From the NCBI GenBank assembly GCA_041687695.1, contig JAWLBL010000004.1:256001-320000 (forward strand): a stretch of 64,000 bases of DNA. The letters are read 5' to 3'. This document shows positions 12,466 through 22,519 of this stretch, piece by piece (position 1 is the stretch's first letter; every line of letters starts with the position of its first letter). The position numbers were made by a program, and so were the translations under genes. The notes under the pieces are model-generated. The model saw only the letters and a program-made list of their open reading frames with translations, searched no databases and was not told the DNA's origin. The DNA comes from Myxococcota bacterium. GTDB lineage: Bacteria; Myxococcota_A; UBA9042; PHBI01; JAWLBL01.

Positions 12466-13845
12466 ATGAGCGATTCGAACGCCCGCAAGCTCTTCGGCAC
12501 CGACGGCATCCGCGGCCGCGCCAACGAGCACCCCATGACGCCCGAGGTGGCCCTGCAGCTCGGCCGGGCCGTCGCGCACGTCTTCAAGGGGCAGCACCCG
12601 CGGCCGCGCATCGTCATCGGCAAGGACACGCGGCTGTCGAACTACATGTTCGAGACGGCCCTGCAGGCCGGCATCTGCTCGATGGGCGTCGACGCCGTGC
12701 AGCTCGGCGTCCTGCCGACGCCCGGCATCGCCTTCACGACGACGGGCATGCGCGCCGACGCGGGCGTGGTCATCTCGGCCTCGCACAACGCCTACGACGA
12801 CAACGGCATCAAGTTCTTCGCCGCCGACGGCTACAAGCTGCCCGACTCGGTCGAGCTCGAGATCGAGCGCCTCATCGAGGGCGGCCAGCTCGACCAGTAC
12901 CGCGCCATGGGCCGGGACGTCGGCCGCGCCTACCGCATCGAGGACGCCGCCGGCCGGTACGCCGTCTTCCTCAAGAGCACGCTGCCGCGCAACCTGCACC
13001 TCAACGGCCTCAAGGTGGTGGTCGACTGCGCCAACGGCGCGGCCTACCGCGTCGCGCCCGAGGTCCTGTACGAGCTGGGCGCCGAGGTCATCTCGGTCGG
13101 GTGCGATCCGGACGGCACGAACATCAACGAGGGCGTCGGCGCCCTGCACCCCGAGAACATGGCCGCCAAGGTGCGCGAGGTCGGGGCCGACCTCGGCATC
13201 GCCCTCGACGGCGACGCCGACCGCGTCATCCTGTGCGACGAGACCGGCGCGGTGGTCGACGGCGATCACATCCTGGCCATCCTGGCGCGCGACATGATGG
13301 CGCGGCAGTCGCTCAAGCACGGCACGGTCGTGGCGACCGTCATGAGCAACCTCGGGCTCGAGCGCGCGCTCGACAGCTTCGGCGCCCGGCTCGAGCGCAC
13401 GGACGTCGGTGACCGCTACGTCGTCGAGCGCATGCGCGAGGGCGGCTTCAACCTGGGCGGCGAGCAGTCGGGCCATCTCTTGCTGCTCGACCACACGACG
13501 ACCGGAGACGGCCTCGTCTCGGCGCTTCAGGTCCTGCGGGTCATGCTCGAGCAGCAGATCCCGCTGTCGCGCCTGGCCAAGGCGATGCGGCCGGTCCCGC
13601 AGGTGCTCCGCAACCTGCGCGTGTCGAAGAAGCCCCCCATCGACTCGCTGGACCGGTCGTCGCGGATCATCGACCAGGTCACCCGCGAGCTCGGCAAAGA
13701 CGGCCGCGTGCTGGTCCGCTACTCGGGCACCGAGCAGAAGTGCCGGGTGATGATCGAGGGGGACAGCGAGGGGCGCATCTGCGAGCTGGCCGACGGCATC
13801 GTCGAGGCGCTCGAGGCCGAGATCGGCCACGACCTGCCCAACTGA
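12466..13845 (+). CDS. glmM: Phosphoglucosamine mutase
   Basis: LFGTDGIRG, ISASHN, DGDADR, GGEQSGH, RYSGTE; follows folP. Confidence 0.96.
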   Translation: MSDSNARKLFGTDGIRGRANEHPMTPEVALQLGRAVAHVFKGQHPRPRIVIGKDTRLSNYMFETALQAGICSMGVDAVQLGVLPTPGIAFTTTGMRADAGVVISASHNAYDDNGIKFFAADGYKLPDSVELEIERLIEGGQLDQYRAMGRDVGRAYRIEDAAGRYAVFLKSTLPRNLHLNGLKVVVDCANGAAYRVAPEVLYELGAEVISVGCDPDGTNINEGVGALHPENMAAKVREVGADLGIALDGDADRVILCDETGAVVDGDHILAILARDMMARQSLKHGTVVATVMSNLGLERALDSFGARLERTDVGDRYVVERMREGGFNLGGEQSGHLLLLDHTTTGDGLVSALQVLRVMLEQQIPLSRLAKAMRPVPQVLRNLRVSKKPPIDSLDRSSRIIDQVTRELGKDGRVLVRYSGTEQKCRVMIEGDSEGRICELADGIVEALEAEIGHDLPN

Positions 13846-13855
13846 GGCCCGGCGG

Positions 13856-15394
13856 ATGCGCGGCGCCGGCCCGACCGACGAGTGCGGCCTCGCGTGGGTC
13901 GCGCGCGCGGCCGAGATCCGCGAGATGGACCGGCGCGCCATCGAGGAGGTCGGACTCCCCGGGCGCGTCCTGATGGAGCTGGCCGGCGCCGGCACGGCCC
14001 AGCGCATCATGGACCGGCTGGGCGGACGACCCGGGCGCGCCCTCGTCCTGTGCGGCCGCGGCAACAACGCCGGTGACGGCTACGTCATCGCGCGCCACCT
14101 CTCGGACGCCGGCTGGACGGTGCGCTGCATCGCGGCCTTCGACCCCGAGGGGCTGACCGGCGACGCAGCCGCCAACCATGCGCTGTTCGTCGCCCTGGGT
14201 GGCGAGGTGCGGCGCCTGCGGGATCGGCCGCCGACCGCGCGAATGGCCAACTGGCTGAGCCACGCCGACGTCATCGTGGACGCGCTGTTCGGCACGGGCC
14301 TCACCCGTCCCCTCGAGGGCGCGCTGGTCGAGCTGGTCGAGGCCGCGAACGAGGCGCGCCACGCCCTGCGGGTCGCGGTCGACATCCCGAGCGGCGTCCA
14401 GGCGGACACGGGCGCGGTCCTGGGCGCCGCCTTCGAGGCCCACGTCACGATGACCTATGGCCTGCCCAAGCCCGGTCAGCTGCTGCACCCCGGCGCGGGC
14501 CTCACGGGCGAGCTGCAGACCGTCGCCATCGGCCTGCCGCGCTCGGTCATCGAGGCCGTGGGTGCCTCGGTGCGGGCCTCCAGCGACGCGGCCGCCGCAC
14601 GCCGGCTGCCGGCGCGCCCGGCCGACGCCCACAAGGGCACCTTCGGTCACGTCGCCGTCGTCGGAGGCTCGTCCGGCAAGGAGGGCGCCGCGCTGCTGGC
14701 CGCGCGAGGCGCCCTGCGGGGCGGGGCGGGCCTCGTCACCTGGAACCACGGCGCCGGCGCGCTCACGACGCTGCGCCCGGCCGAGCTGATGACCCACCCG
14801 CTCGACCAGGGAGCGCTCGACCCGCGGTCGGACGTCCTGGTCGTCGGCCCGGGCCTGGGCCAGGACGCGGCGGCCCTGACGGCGCTGAAGCTCGCGTTGG
14901 CCAGCGGCCGCGCGCTGGTCCTCGACGCCGACGCCCTCAACCTGCTGGCCTCCGATCCGACGCTCGGCGTGCCCGAGGCGGCCGTCTTGACCCCGCACCC
15001 GGCCGAAGCCGCGCGGCTGCTGGGCTGCGCGACCTCCGACGTCCAGTCGGACCGCCTCGACGCGGCCCTCAGACTCGTCGCGCGCTACCGATGCACCGTC
15101 GTGCTCAAGGGCGCGGCTTCCGTCGTCGCCTCTCCGGATCGGCCGCAGGTCATCGTCCCGGTGGGGGACGCCGCCCTGGCCACCGGCGGCACCGGCGACG
15201 TGCTGGCCGGCTTCATCGGCGCGCTGCGCGCCCAGGGCCTCGACCCCCACGAAGCGGCCTGGGTCGGCGCCCACCTGCACGCGCTGGCGGGCGCGCGGCT
15301 GGGGCGGGAGGTCGGCCACGCCGGCGTGCTGGCGGGCGAGGTGGCGGACGCCCTGCCGCCGGTGATGACGGAGCTGCGGCGCGGCTGGACCTGA
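13856..15394 (+). CDS. nnr: Bifunctional NAD(P)H-hydrate epimerase/dehydratase
   Basis: GRGNNAGDG, DALFGTG, DIPSG, HKGTFG, DADAL, TPHPAEA, ATGGTGDVLAG. Confidence 0.93.
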   Translation: MRGAGPTDECGLAWVARAAEIREMDRRAIEEVGLPGRVLMELAGAGTAQRIMDRLGGRPGRALVLCGRGNNAGDGYVIARHLSDAGWTVRCIAAFDPEGLTGDAAANHALFVALGGEVRRLRDRPPTARMANWLSHADVIVDALFGTGLTRPLEGALVELVEAANEARHALRVAVDIPSGVQADTGAVLGAAFEAHVTMTYGLPKPGQLLHPGAGLTGELQTVAIGLPRSVIEAVGASVRASSDAAAARRLPARPADAHKGTFGHVAVVGGSSGKEGAALLAARGALRGGAGLVTWNHGAGALTTLRPAELMTHPLDQGALDPRSDVLVVGPGLGQDAAALTALKLALASGRALVLDADALNLLASDPTLGVPEAAVLTPHPAEAARLLGCATSDVQSDRLDAALRLVARYRCTVVLKGAASVVASPDRPQVIVPVGDAALATGGTGDVLAGFIGALRAQGLDPHEAAWVGAHLHALAGARLGREVGHAGVLAGEVADALPPVMTELRRGWT

Positions 15395-15463
15395 GCCCCG
15401 GCGCCTCGCGTGCGCTCGTGAGGGAGCGGCGCCTCGGCGTCCGAGGGAGCGGCCGTCGGCGCG

Positions 15464-16780
15464 TCAGTCCTCGATGAGGTGCAGCTCGATCCGGTCGTTC
15501 TTGGCCCGCCCCGCCTTCGAGCGGTTGCTGGCGACCGGCTGATCGGGGCCCAGGCCCACGGCCCGCAGGCGGCGCGGATCCACGCCGAGCTTGACCAGCT
15601 GGCTGACCACGGCCTGCGCGCGCTCGGCGCTGAGCGCATAGCGGCGCTGCTTGGGCCCGCGGTCGTCGGTGTGCGACTGGACCTCGACGCGCAGGTAGGG
15701 GTGCTGTTGCAGCAGATCCGCGACGCGCGACAGCACGGCCAGCGACTGCGGCAGCAGCGTCGCCTTGTCGGGGGCGAACACGACGCCCTCGACCACCCCG
15801 CTGAACATCTCTCGCACCTTGTCGGGCGGCTGCGGGCACCCCTGCCGGTCGGGCGTGCCCTTGAGCTGCGGGCACGCGTCCTGCCCGTCGGGGATGCCGT
15901 CGTCGTCGGAGTCGGGGCAGCCGGCGAAGCGCTCGATGCCCGAGAGCGTGGGGCACGAGTCCACGGTGTCGGGGATGCCGTCGCCGTCGGTGTCGGGGCA
16001 GCCGTGGAAGGCGGGAAGGCCCGAGCTGTCCGGGCAGGCGTCCTTGGGGTCCGGGGTGCCATCGCCGTCGGTGTCGGGGCACCCGTCGTAGATGGCCAGG
16101 CCGGGCAGGTCAGGGCACGCGTCCCGCGCGTCCACGACCCCGTCGCCGTCGGCGTCGGCGCGCGTGGCTGGGCCCGCTTCGGCGGCGCCTCCGACCGCGG
16201 TGTAGACGTCCACGCCCAGGTTGAACGCGACGTTCGCGGCCATCACGCCCTCGACCGCGTCGCTGAACGTTCCTCGGACCTCGGCCCGCAGGCCGAGGCG
16301 CTCGGCCGCGAAGCGCCACCGGCCGCCCAGCGCCAGCGTCAGCAGGAAGTCCGTGTCGTTGCCCATCCCGTCGGAGATCAGCGTCTGCATCCCGGCCCCA
16401 GCGGCCACGAAGGGGCGCAGCTCGGTCCGGGTCAGGTCGATCACCAGGTCGGCGTGGACGGGCAGGATGAGCCCGGACTCGAGGCCGTCGACGGACGAGA
16501 CCGGCACCAGCGACAGCGCCAGCTCGACCCCCAGCGGGTCCGAGAGCCGGTAGCCGGCGCGGAGCCCGAGCACCGGGCCGTGGTCGAGCTGCAGCGGGCG
16601 CGTCCGATACCCCATCAGGTCCAGGTCGGCGGAGTTGAGCTGGAACCCGCCGACGATCCCGAAGTGCAGCGGCCGGCTGACCTCACTCGATGTCGCGGTC
16701 GCTTGCGCCTCGGGCCCTTGGGCGAGGGCAGGGGAGTGCGGCCATGAGCACACGACCAGGCCCATCGCGGCCAGGAGCAT
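15464..16780 (-). CDS. OmpA-family outer-membrane protein: beta-barrel + thrombospondin type-3 repeats + OmpA_C domain
   Basis: Signal peptide (start uncertain); amphipathic strands; four DxDxDGxxDxxDxCP repeats; HTDDRG...LSAERAQAV...RAKNDRIE. Confidence 0.88.
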   Translation of the reverse strand: MLLAAMGLVVCSWPHSPALAQGPEAQATATSSEVSRPLHFGIVGGFQLNSADLDLMGYRTRPLQLDHGPVLGLRAGYRLSDPLGVELALSLVPVSSVDGLESGLILPVHADLVIDLTRTELRPFVAAGAGMQTLISDGMGNDTDFLLTLALGGRWRFAAERLGLRAEVRGTFSDAVEGVMAANVAFNLGVDVYTAVGGAAEAGPATRADADGDGVVDARDACPDLPGLAIYDGCPDTDGDGTPDPKDACPDSSGLPAFHGCPDTDGDGIPDTVDSCPTLSGIERFAGCPDSDDDGIPDGQDACPQLKGTPDRQGCPQPPDKVREMFSGVVEGVVFAPDKATLLPQSLAVLSRVADLLQQHPYLRVEVQSHTDDRGPKQRRYALSAERAQAVVSQLVKLGVDPRRLRAVGLGPDQPVASNRSKAGRAKNDRIELHLIED

Positions 16781-17077
16781 CCGCGCTGGCCCACGGGCGC
16801 GGGAACCGTAGCCCTCACGCGCGAGCGCGGGGCCGCATCCCGCCATGTCTACGGTAGGGCGGCTGTGGGCGTGGCGAGGTGGCGTCGCGGGGCGGGACGA
16901 CGGGCGCAGGCGCATTCGGGACCGTTCTCCGCCAGCGACGAGGGAGCTGGGACGGGTCGTTCCGCGCCTCGGGCGACGCGGCGTGTCCGTCGCAGGTCTG
17001 GGGTTCGGGGGTTGGCCGGCCGACTCGCGGCGAGGCGCGTCAGCCTGCTCGTAGAGGGGGTGGGGGAAGGCGCCGAA

Positions 17078-17242
17078 TCACATCTCGATGATGATGACGC
17101 GGCTGGGCTCCTCGTCCTCGCATACGTCCTCGGAGACCATCGGCTCCCAAGGCATGTACTCGAAGGGCGAAGGAGCCTCGAGGAACGGACGCTCGTCGCG
17201 TCGAGCACCGTCATCGGTGGGGATCCAGAAGCCGTCACGCAT
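17078..17242 (-). CDS. Small 54-aa hypothetical protein (not in ORF track)
   Basis: AAGGAGA RBS upstream of ATG at 17242; MRDGFWIPTDDGARRDERPFLEAPSPFEYMPWEPMVSEDVCEDEEPSRVIIIEM-TGA. Confidence 0.6.
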   Translation of the reverse strand: MRDGFWIPTDDGARRDERPFLEAPSPFEYMPWEPMVSEDVCEDEEPSRVIIIEM

Positions 17243-17487
17243 GGCCTTCTCCTTCGCTTGGGCCCTGCGAGGCAGGGCACGCGCTCACTCTAACAACCGC
17301 TCCGGAGCGGATCAAGGCAGCCGTTCTCGAGGAACACGGAGCCGAGCCGCTGCCGTTCCGAGTGTTAGGAACGGACGGCCGGAGGGCTTTATTCGCGCTG
17401 GGAAGGAAAGGCGTGTGAAAGCGGTGCGTTAGGTCTCTGCTCGCCCAGCCGGTGGGCCGGGCGCTGCGTCCCTGGGGCCGGTCGGGC

Positions 17488-17517
17488 CGGCCTCGGCGGC
17501 GTGACTCGCCGAGGCCG
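17488..17517 (-). terminator. Stem-loop downstream of rpsA (possible terminator or stabiliser)
   Basis: CGGCCTCGGCG / CGCCGAGGCCG perfect 11-bp inverted repeat 17 nt after the rpsA stop; no U-tract. Confidence 0.45.
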
Positions 17518-17534
17518 ACCTCCCCGGGGCGGGA

Positions 17535-19352
17535 CTACTCGTCGCTGTCGGTCTCGACCTCGCTCTCGTCGCCCTCCTCGTCCTTCGGGCCCTCGGGCAG
17601 CGAAGTCGAGTCGAACTTGGAGAACTGCTTCGCGAAGACGTCACCGAGCGTGGTGGTCTGCTCGGCGCGCTGCTTCTTGAGGTACTCGCTGTACTCCTCG
17701 GAAGCCTCCTCCTCGCTCAGGCGCTTCATCGACAGGCCGATCTTGCGCTCCTCGGGGATGAGGCTGATGACCTTGGCGCGGACCGTGTCGTTCTCGCGGA
17801 CGACGTCCGTCACCGAGCCCACCTTGTCGTAGCTCAGCTCGGAGATGTGGATGAGGCCCTCGATGGCCTCGTCGATCTCCACGATGGCGCCGAAGTCGAG
17901 CACCTTCGTGACCAGGCCCTCGACGACGGTGCCCAGCGGGTACTTGTCCTCGACGATCTCCCACGGGTCGCGGGTGAGCTGCTTGACGCCCAGGCTGAAG
18001 CGCTCCTTCTCGACGTCGATGTGCAGCACCACGGCCTCGATCTCGTCACCCTTCTGGAAGACCTCCTGGGGGTGCTTGATCTTGTTCGACCAGCTCAGGT
18101 CGGACACGTGGATGAGGCCGTCGATGCCCTCCTCGATGCCGATGAACAGGCCGAAGTTCGTGATGTTGCGGATCTTGCCGCGGACGACCGAGCCGACCGG
18201 GTAGCGCTCCTGGAGCAGCTCCCACGGGTTGGTCTCGATCTGCTTCATGCCCAGCGAGATGCGCTTGTTCTCGGTGTCGATGTCGAGGATGACGGTCTCG
18301 ACGATGTCACCGATGCTGACGACCTTGGACGGGTGCTTGACCCGCTTGGTCCAGCTCATCTCGGAGATGTGGATGAGGCCCTCGATGCCGTCCTCGAGCT
18401 CCACGAAGGCGCCGTAGTCGGTGAGGCTGACCACCTTGCCCTTGACGCGATCGCCGACGTGGTACTTGTCGGCCACCGACGCCCACGGGTCCTCGGAGAC
18501 CTGCTTGAGGCCCAGGCTGACGCGCTCGGTCTTCGGGTCGAACTTGAGGACCATCACCTCGACCTCGTCGCCCACCTCGAACATCTCGCTCGGGTGGTTG
18601 ACGCGGCCCCAGCTCATGTCCGTGATGTGGAGCAGGCCGTCGATGCCGCCGAGATCCACGAAGCAGCCGTAGTCGGTGATGTTCTTGACGATGCCCTTCA
18701 TCGTCATGCCGACCTCGAGCTTCTCGAGCGTGGCCGTCTTGAGGGCCGCACGCTCCTTCTCGAGGAGGGCGCGCCGGCTCAGCACGATGTTGCCGCGGCG
18801 CTTGTTGAACTTGATGACCTTGAACTGGTAGGTCTCGCCGATGTACTTCTCGAGGTTCCGCACCGGGCGCAGGTCGACCTGCGAGCCGGGCAGGAACGCC
18901 TTGACGCCGATGTCGACGGTCAGGCCGCCCTTGACGCGCCCCTGGATCGTGCCCTCGACGAGCTCGTCGCGCTCGACCGCCTCGTTGATCTGGTCCCAGA
19001 TCTTGAGCTTGTCGGCCTTCTCCTTGGAGAGCTCGACCTGGCCGTGCTCGTTCTCCTGGGACTCGAGGTAGACGTCGACGGTGTCACCGACGGCGATGGT
19101 CACGCCCTCGGGGCCGACGAACTCCTCGATCGGCACCTGTCCCTCGGACTTGTAGCCGATGTCGATCGTCACGTAGTCCTTCGTGACGTCGATGACGGTT
19201 CCCTTGACGATCTCGCCTTCGCGAGCGCCTTGCTTCTGCTCGTACTCCTCGAGGAGCTGCTCGAAGTTCTCGAAGTCGTCCGGCAGCTTGGTCCCCGAAG
19301 CGGGGCTTGCGTGTTCCACGTTGTATCCAGAAACGGTTGAGGGTGGCGTCAA
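17535..19352 (-). CDS. rpsA: 30S ribosomal protein S1
   Basis: Six S1 repeats (DIGYKSEG, AFLPGSQVD, DGLLHITDMSW, EGLIHISEMSW...). Confidence 0.97.
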   Translation of the reverse strand: MTPPSTVSGYNVEHASPASGTKLPDDFENFEQLLEEYEQKQGAREGEIVKGTVIDVTKDYVTIDIGYKSEGQVPIEEFVGPEGVTIAVGDTVDVYLESQENEHGQVELSKEKADKLKIWDQINEAVERDELVEGTIQGRVKGGLTVDIGVKAFLPGSQVDLRPVRNLEKYIGETYQFKVIKFNKRRGNIVLSRRALLEKERAALKTATLEKLEVGMTMKGIVKNITDYGCFVDLGGIDGLLHITDMSWGRVNHPSEMFEVGDEVEVMVLKFDPKTERVSLGLKQVSEDPWASVADKYHVGDRVKGKVVSLTDYGAFVELEDGIEGLIHISEMSWTKRVKHPSKVVSIGDIVETVILDIDTENKRISLGMKQIETNPWELLQERYPVGSVVRGKIRNITNFGLFIGIEEGIDGLIHVSDLSWSNKIKHPQEVFQKGDEIEAVVLHIDVEKERFSLGVKQLTRDPWEIVEDKYPLGTVVEGLVTKVLDFGAIVEIDEAIEGLIHISELSYDKVGSVTDVVRENDTVRAKVISLIPEERKIGLSMKRLSEEEASEEYSEYLKKQRAEQTTTLGDVFAKQFSKFDSTSLPEGPKDEEGDESEVETDSDE

Positions 19353-19404
19353 TGCTTGTCAAAACCAGGCGTTACCGAAAAGCGCCGGTCGACAGCGGCG
19401 GCGG

Positions 19405-19433
19405 ACCATACGCGCGCGGTTAGGCGTTGTCAA
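19405..19433 (-). promoter_or_regulatory. sigma70-type promoter of rpsA
   Basis: TTGACA-17 bp-TATGGT on the minus strand. Confidence 0.7.
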
Positions 19434-19686
19434 CGCGGCGTCCGCCTACGGTGCGCTTCGGGGTTCGCGCGCGCGAGGGGACCGCATCGTACGTCGGCGG
19501 CGTCGCGGGCCGGAGCCCCGAGGCGCATGCACGGGCCGGTGGAGGCGCGCGCGGCGAGGGGCGGCGCTGGAGTGCACGGACATTGCATGGGGCAGGGGCC
19601 TATGCTAACCCCGGGCCATCACGCGTCATCTCTTCACGAGGCCTCGTCCGAGGCTCGAGAGCCCCCCAGGCATGGAGGTCCCATCC

Positions 19687-20343
19687 ATGACAATCGACCC
19701 CAACCGCCGCGCCTTCCCCCCGATTCCCGCGGCGCCCCTGTTCGGTGACCCCGGCCTGCGCAACGCGGGCGAGGAAGGCAGCCCGCCGGTCAAGCAGCTG
19801 GCCATGGAGCGCCTCCTCAAGACCCGCACCATCCAGCTCTTCGGCCCGGTCAACCAGAAGCTCGCCGAGAACATCATCTCGGCCCTGCTCCTGCTCGAGG
19901 CCGAGGACCCCAGCAAGCCCATCACCGTCGTCCAGAACAGCCCCGGCGGCTCGGTCAGCGACGGCTTCGCGATCTACGACACCATGCGGTTCGTCAAGCC
20001 CGAGGTGCGGGTCGTCTGCGTCGGCCTCACGGCCTCCATCGCGACCATCACCCTCCTCGGCGCCAAGAAGGAAAACCGCGTCTCCCTGCCGAACACGCGC
20101 TTCCTCATCCACCAGCCGCTCATCAGCGGCCACGTCTTCGGCCCCGCCAGCGACCTCGAGATCACCGCGCAGGAGATCATCAAGACGCGCGACAAGATCA
20201 ACGAGATGCTCTCCGAGGCCACCGGCCAGCCGCTCGAGCGCGTCGCGCGCGACACCCAGCGCGACTACTGGCTCGACGCGAAGACCGCCCTCGAGTACGG
20301 CCTCATCTCCCGCATCGTGACCGATCGCGGCGAGCTCGATTGA
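19687..20343 (+). CDS. clpP: ATP-dependent Clp protease proteolytic subunit
   Basis: NSPGGSV, catalytic Ser in GLTASI, IHQP, RDYWL; GGAGG RBS before ATG 19687. Confidence 0.9.
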   Translation: MTIDPNRRAFPPIPAAPLFGDPGLRNAGEEGSPPVKQLAMERLLKTRTIQLFGPVNQKLAENIISALLLLEAEDPSKPITVVQNSPGGSVSDGFAIYDTMRFVKPEVRVVCVGLTASIATITLLGAKKENRVSLPNTRFLIHQPLISGHVFGPASDLEITAQEIIKTRDKINEMLSEATGQPLERVARDTQRDYWLDAKTALEYGLISRIVTDRGELD

Positions 20344-20390
20344 ACCCGTAGGAGCAGGCGCCCGCCGCCGCGTCGTGGACCGCCCGCGAC

Positions 20391-20485
20391 GCGTTCGGCG
20401 GCTTCGCCACGCATGGCGTTCGGCGGCGTCGCCCCGCATGGCGTTCGGCGGCGTCGCCCCGCATGGCGTTCGGCGGCGTCGCGCC
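20391..20485 (+). repeat. 25-bp tandem repeat, about 3.8 copies
   Basis: GCATGGCGTTCGGCGGCGTCGCCCC at 20411 and 20436, near-identical copy at 20461, degenerate partial copy from 20391. Confidence 0.9.
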
Positions 20486-20593
20486 GCGCAGCTTTCGGCG
20501 GGCGTCCAGACGGCAGGCATCCGGAGGGCGTTGCCTTGGCCCGGGCCCGACGGGTAGGGTGGGCGCGAACCCTCTCCGCCTCCGGGAGCCTCG

Positions 20594-22468
20594 ATGCGAA
20601 CCCTGGCGCTCGCCGCGACCGTCCTCACCGCCCTCGCCAGCGCGGGCTGCACCGACGACCGTTGCCAGTCCAACGCCGACTGCCCGCCGGGGCGCATGTG
20701 TCACCTCGGCCTGTGCGCCCTCGATCCCAGCGCCGCCAAGGACGTCCCGACGGGCGCCGACGGGCTGGGTGACGTCGATCTGTCGTGCGAGCCCGCCACG
20801 GCCGACGACCTCGTCATGACCGAGGTCCTCATCGACCCGGCCGGCGTCGACGTGAGCGGCGACGGCAACGCGGACTCGCAGAAGAACGAGTTCGTCGAGG
20901 TCGTGAACGTCTCCGGGGCCTCCGTCGGCCTGTCGAGCGCCTCGCTGCAGATCGGCTCGAAGACCATCCCCCTCGGCGCGTTCTGCCTCGGACCGAACCA
21001 GACCCGTGTCCTGTTCTCGTCCGAGGCGTCGCTGGGCCTGACCAACGCGCCCAAGGACCCGCTCACGGTCTCGCTCCTGGTGAACGGGGCGACCGTCCAG
21101 AGCCTGACCTACGGGGGCGCGACGCCGCTCAAGGGCGACAAGAAGCAGTCGCTGACGCTCACCGTGCAGCTCGACCCGCTGTCCGCGTGGGACCTTCACT
21201 CGGTCGTCGGCTCCGGGCCCTGGTCGCCCGGCAAGTGCGCGAACGGCAACGACTTCCCCAACTGCACGGGCGCGCCCGTCGACCCCGACGCCGGGGACGC
21301 CACCGGCGGCGACCTGCCGGACACGGTCGCGCCCTGCGGTCCGGCGCCGACGGCGGGACAGCTGATCATCAACGAGCTGCTGGCCGACCCGGGCAACATG
21401 AACGACGCCAACCAGGACGGTCAGGTCAACGCCAACGAGGACGAGTTCATCGAGATCGTCAACGTGGCGACCGAGGCCATCGACCTTGGGGGCGTGACGC
21501 TGAGCGAGGCCGCCGGCAAGACCTTCACCTTCCCGGCGGGCGCCTGCCTGCAGCCCCACCAGGCCGCGCTGATGTTCGGCAAGTACGAGGGCGGCGGCGA
21601 CTTCGGCGGCGCGATCGCCTTCGGCTATGGCGGCCAGTTCGCCCTGAACAACGACACCGAGACGGTGACGTTGAAGGCGGCCGACGGGCAGATGCTGGAC
21701 TCGGTGAGCTACGGGGCCGAGGGGAACGCCGACCAGTCGCTGACGCGCGAGACGGACCTCCTGGTCGAGGCCCCCTTCGTCAAGCACATGTCCGCCCCGC
21801 GCTCGGGCGGCAGCCGCATGAGCCCCGGCCGATGCCAGAACGGGCGCCCCTTCCCCGACTGCGCCGCCCCGCCCGACACCGGCGACGCCGGGCCGACCGA
21901 CGGGGGCGGCTCCGAGGTCGTCGAGGACGTGGGCCCCGCCTGTGGGGCCGCGGCCGCCGCCGGGCTGCTGGTCATCAACGAGGTGCTCGCCGATCCCGAC
22001 GGCGTCGACGTCAACGGCGACGGGACCTACTCGGCGACCCACGACGAGTTCGTCGAGCTGGTCAACGTCAGCGGCGAGACGCTGGACCTGTCGGGCGTCA
22101 AGCTGCTGACCGGCGCCACCGACCCGCCGACCGATCTGGTACACACCTTCGCCGGCCTGTGCCTCGAGCCGCAGCAGGGCGTGGTCCTGTTCGGCGGCGG
22201 CGCGCCGGCCCTGTCGGCCGAGGGCGCGGTCATGATGACGAGCAACATCGGCCTGTCGCTCAACAACGGCGGCGACACGGTGGCCCTCGTGGCCGCCGAC
22301 GGCCAGGCCATCGACACGGTCACCTACGGGGCCTCCAAGGGAGTGTCCCTGGCGCGCCAGCCCGACGGCTCGGGCGACTTCGCGGCCCACCCCACGCTGC
22401 CCAGCGAGCAGGCCTGGTCGCCCGGCCTGTGCACGACCGGCACGGCCTTCGCCTTCTGCCTTCCCTAA
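20594..22468 (+). CDS. Lipoprotein with three lamin-tail-like domains
   Basis: Lipobox ASAGC; three units L(V/I)xxE(V/L)LxDP...DxxGDG...EF(V/I)E(V/I/L)VN...L(T/N)N...SPG. Confidence 0.8.
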   Translation: MRTLALAATVLTALASAGCTDDRCQSNADCPPGRMCHLGLCALDPSAAKDVPTGADGLGDVDLSCEPATADDLVMTEVLIDPAGVDVSGDGNADSQKNEFVEVVNVSGASVGLSSASLQIGSKTIPLGAFCLGPNQTRVLFSSEASLGLTNAPKDPLTVSLLVNGATVQSLTYGGATPLKGDKKQSLTLTVQLDPLSAWDLHSVVGSGPWSPGKCANGNDFPNCTGAPVDPDAGDATGGDLPDTVAPCGPAPTAGQLIINELLADPGNMNDANQDGQVNANEDEFIEIVNVATEAIDLGGVTLSEAAGKTFTFPAGACLQPHQAALMFGKYEGGGDFGGAIAFGYGGQFALNNDTETVTLKAADGQMLDSVSYGAEGNADQSLTRETDLLVEAPFVKHMSAPRSGGSRMSPGRCQNGRPFPDCAAPPDTGDAGPTDGGGSEVVEDVGPACGAAAAAGLLVINEVLADPDGVDVNGDGTYSATHDEFVELVNVSGETLDLSGVKLLTGATDPPTDLVHTFAGLCLEPQQGVVLFGGGAPALSAEGAVMMTSNIGLSLNNGGDTVALVAADGQAIDTVTYGASKGVSLARQPDGSGDFAAHPTLPSEQAWSPGLCTTGTAFAFCLP

Positions 22469-22519
22469 GCGGGAGCCGAGTGCGAAAAGGAGGGCTCACC
22501 TCCGGACGGAAAGGACAGC

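Noticed and set aside
15464..16780. TraB of the TraAB outer-membrane exchange system
   Set aside because: The architecture (barrel + TSP3 + OmpA_C) is similar, but this is a large paralogous family and no traA-like gene is adjacent
19687..20343. Inactive ClpR-type subunit
   Set aside because: Ser, His and Asp catalytic positions all appear present
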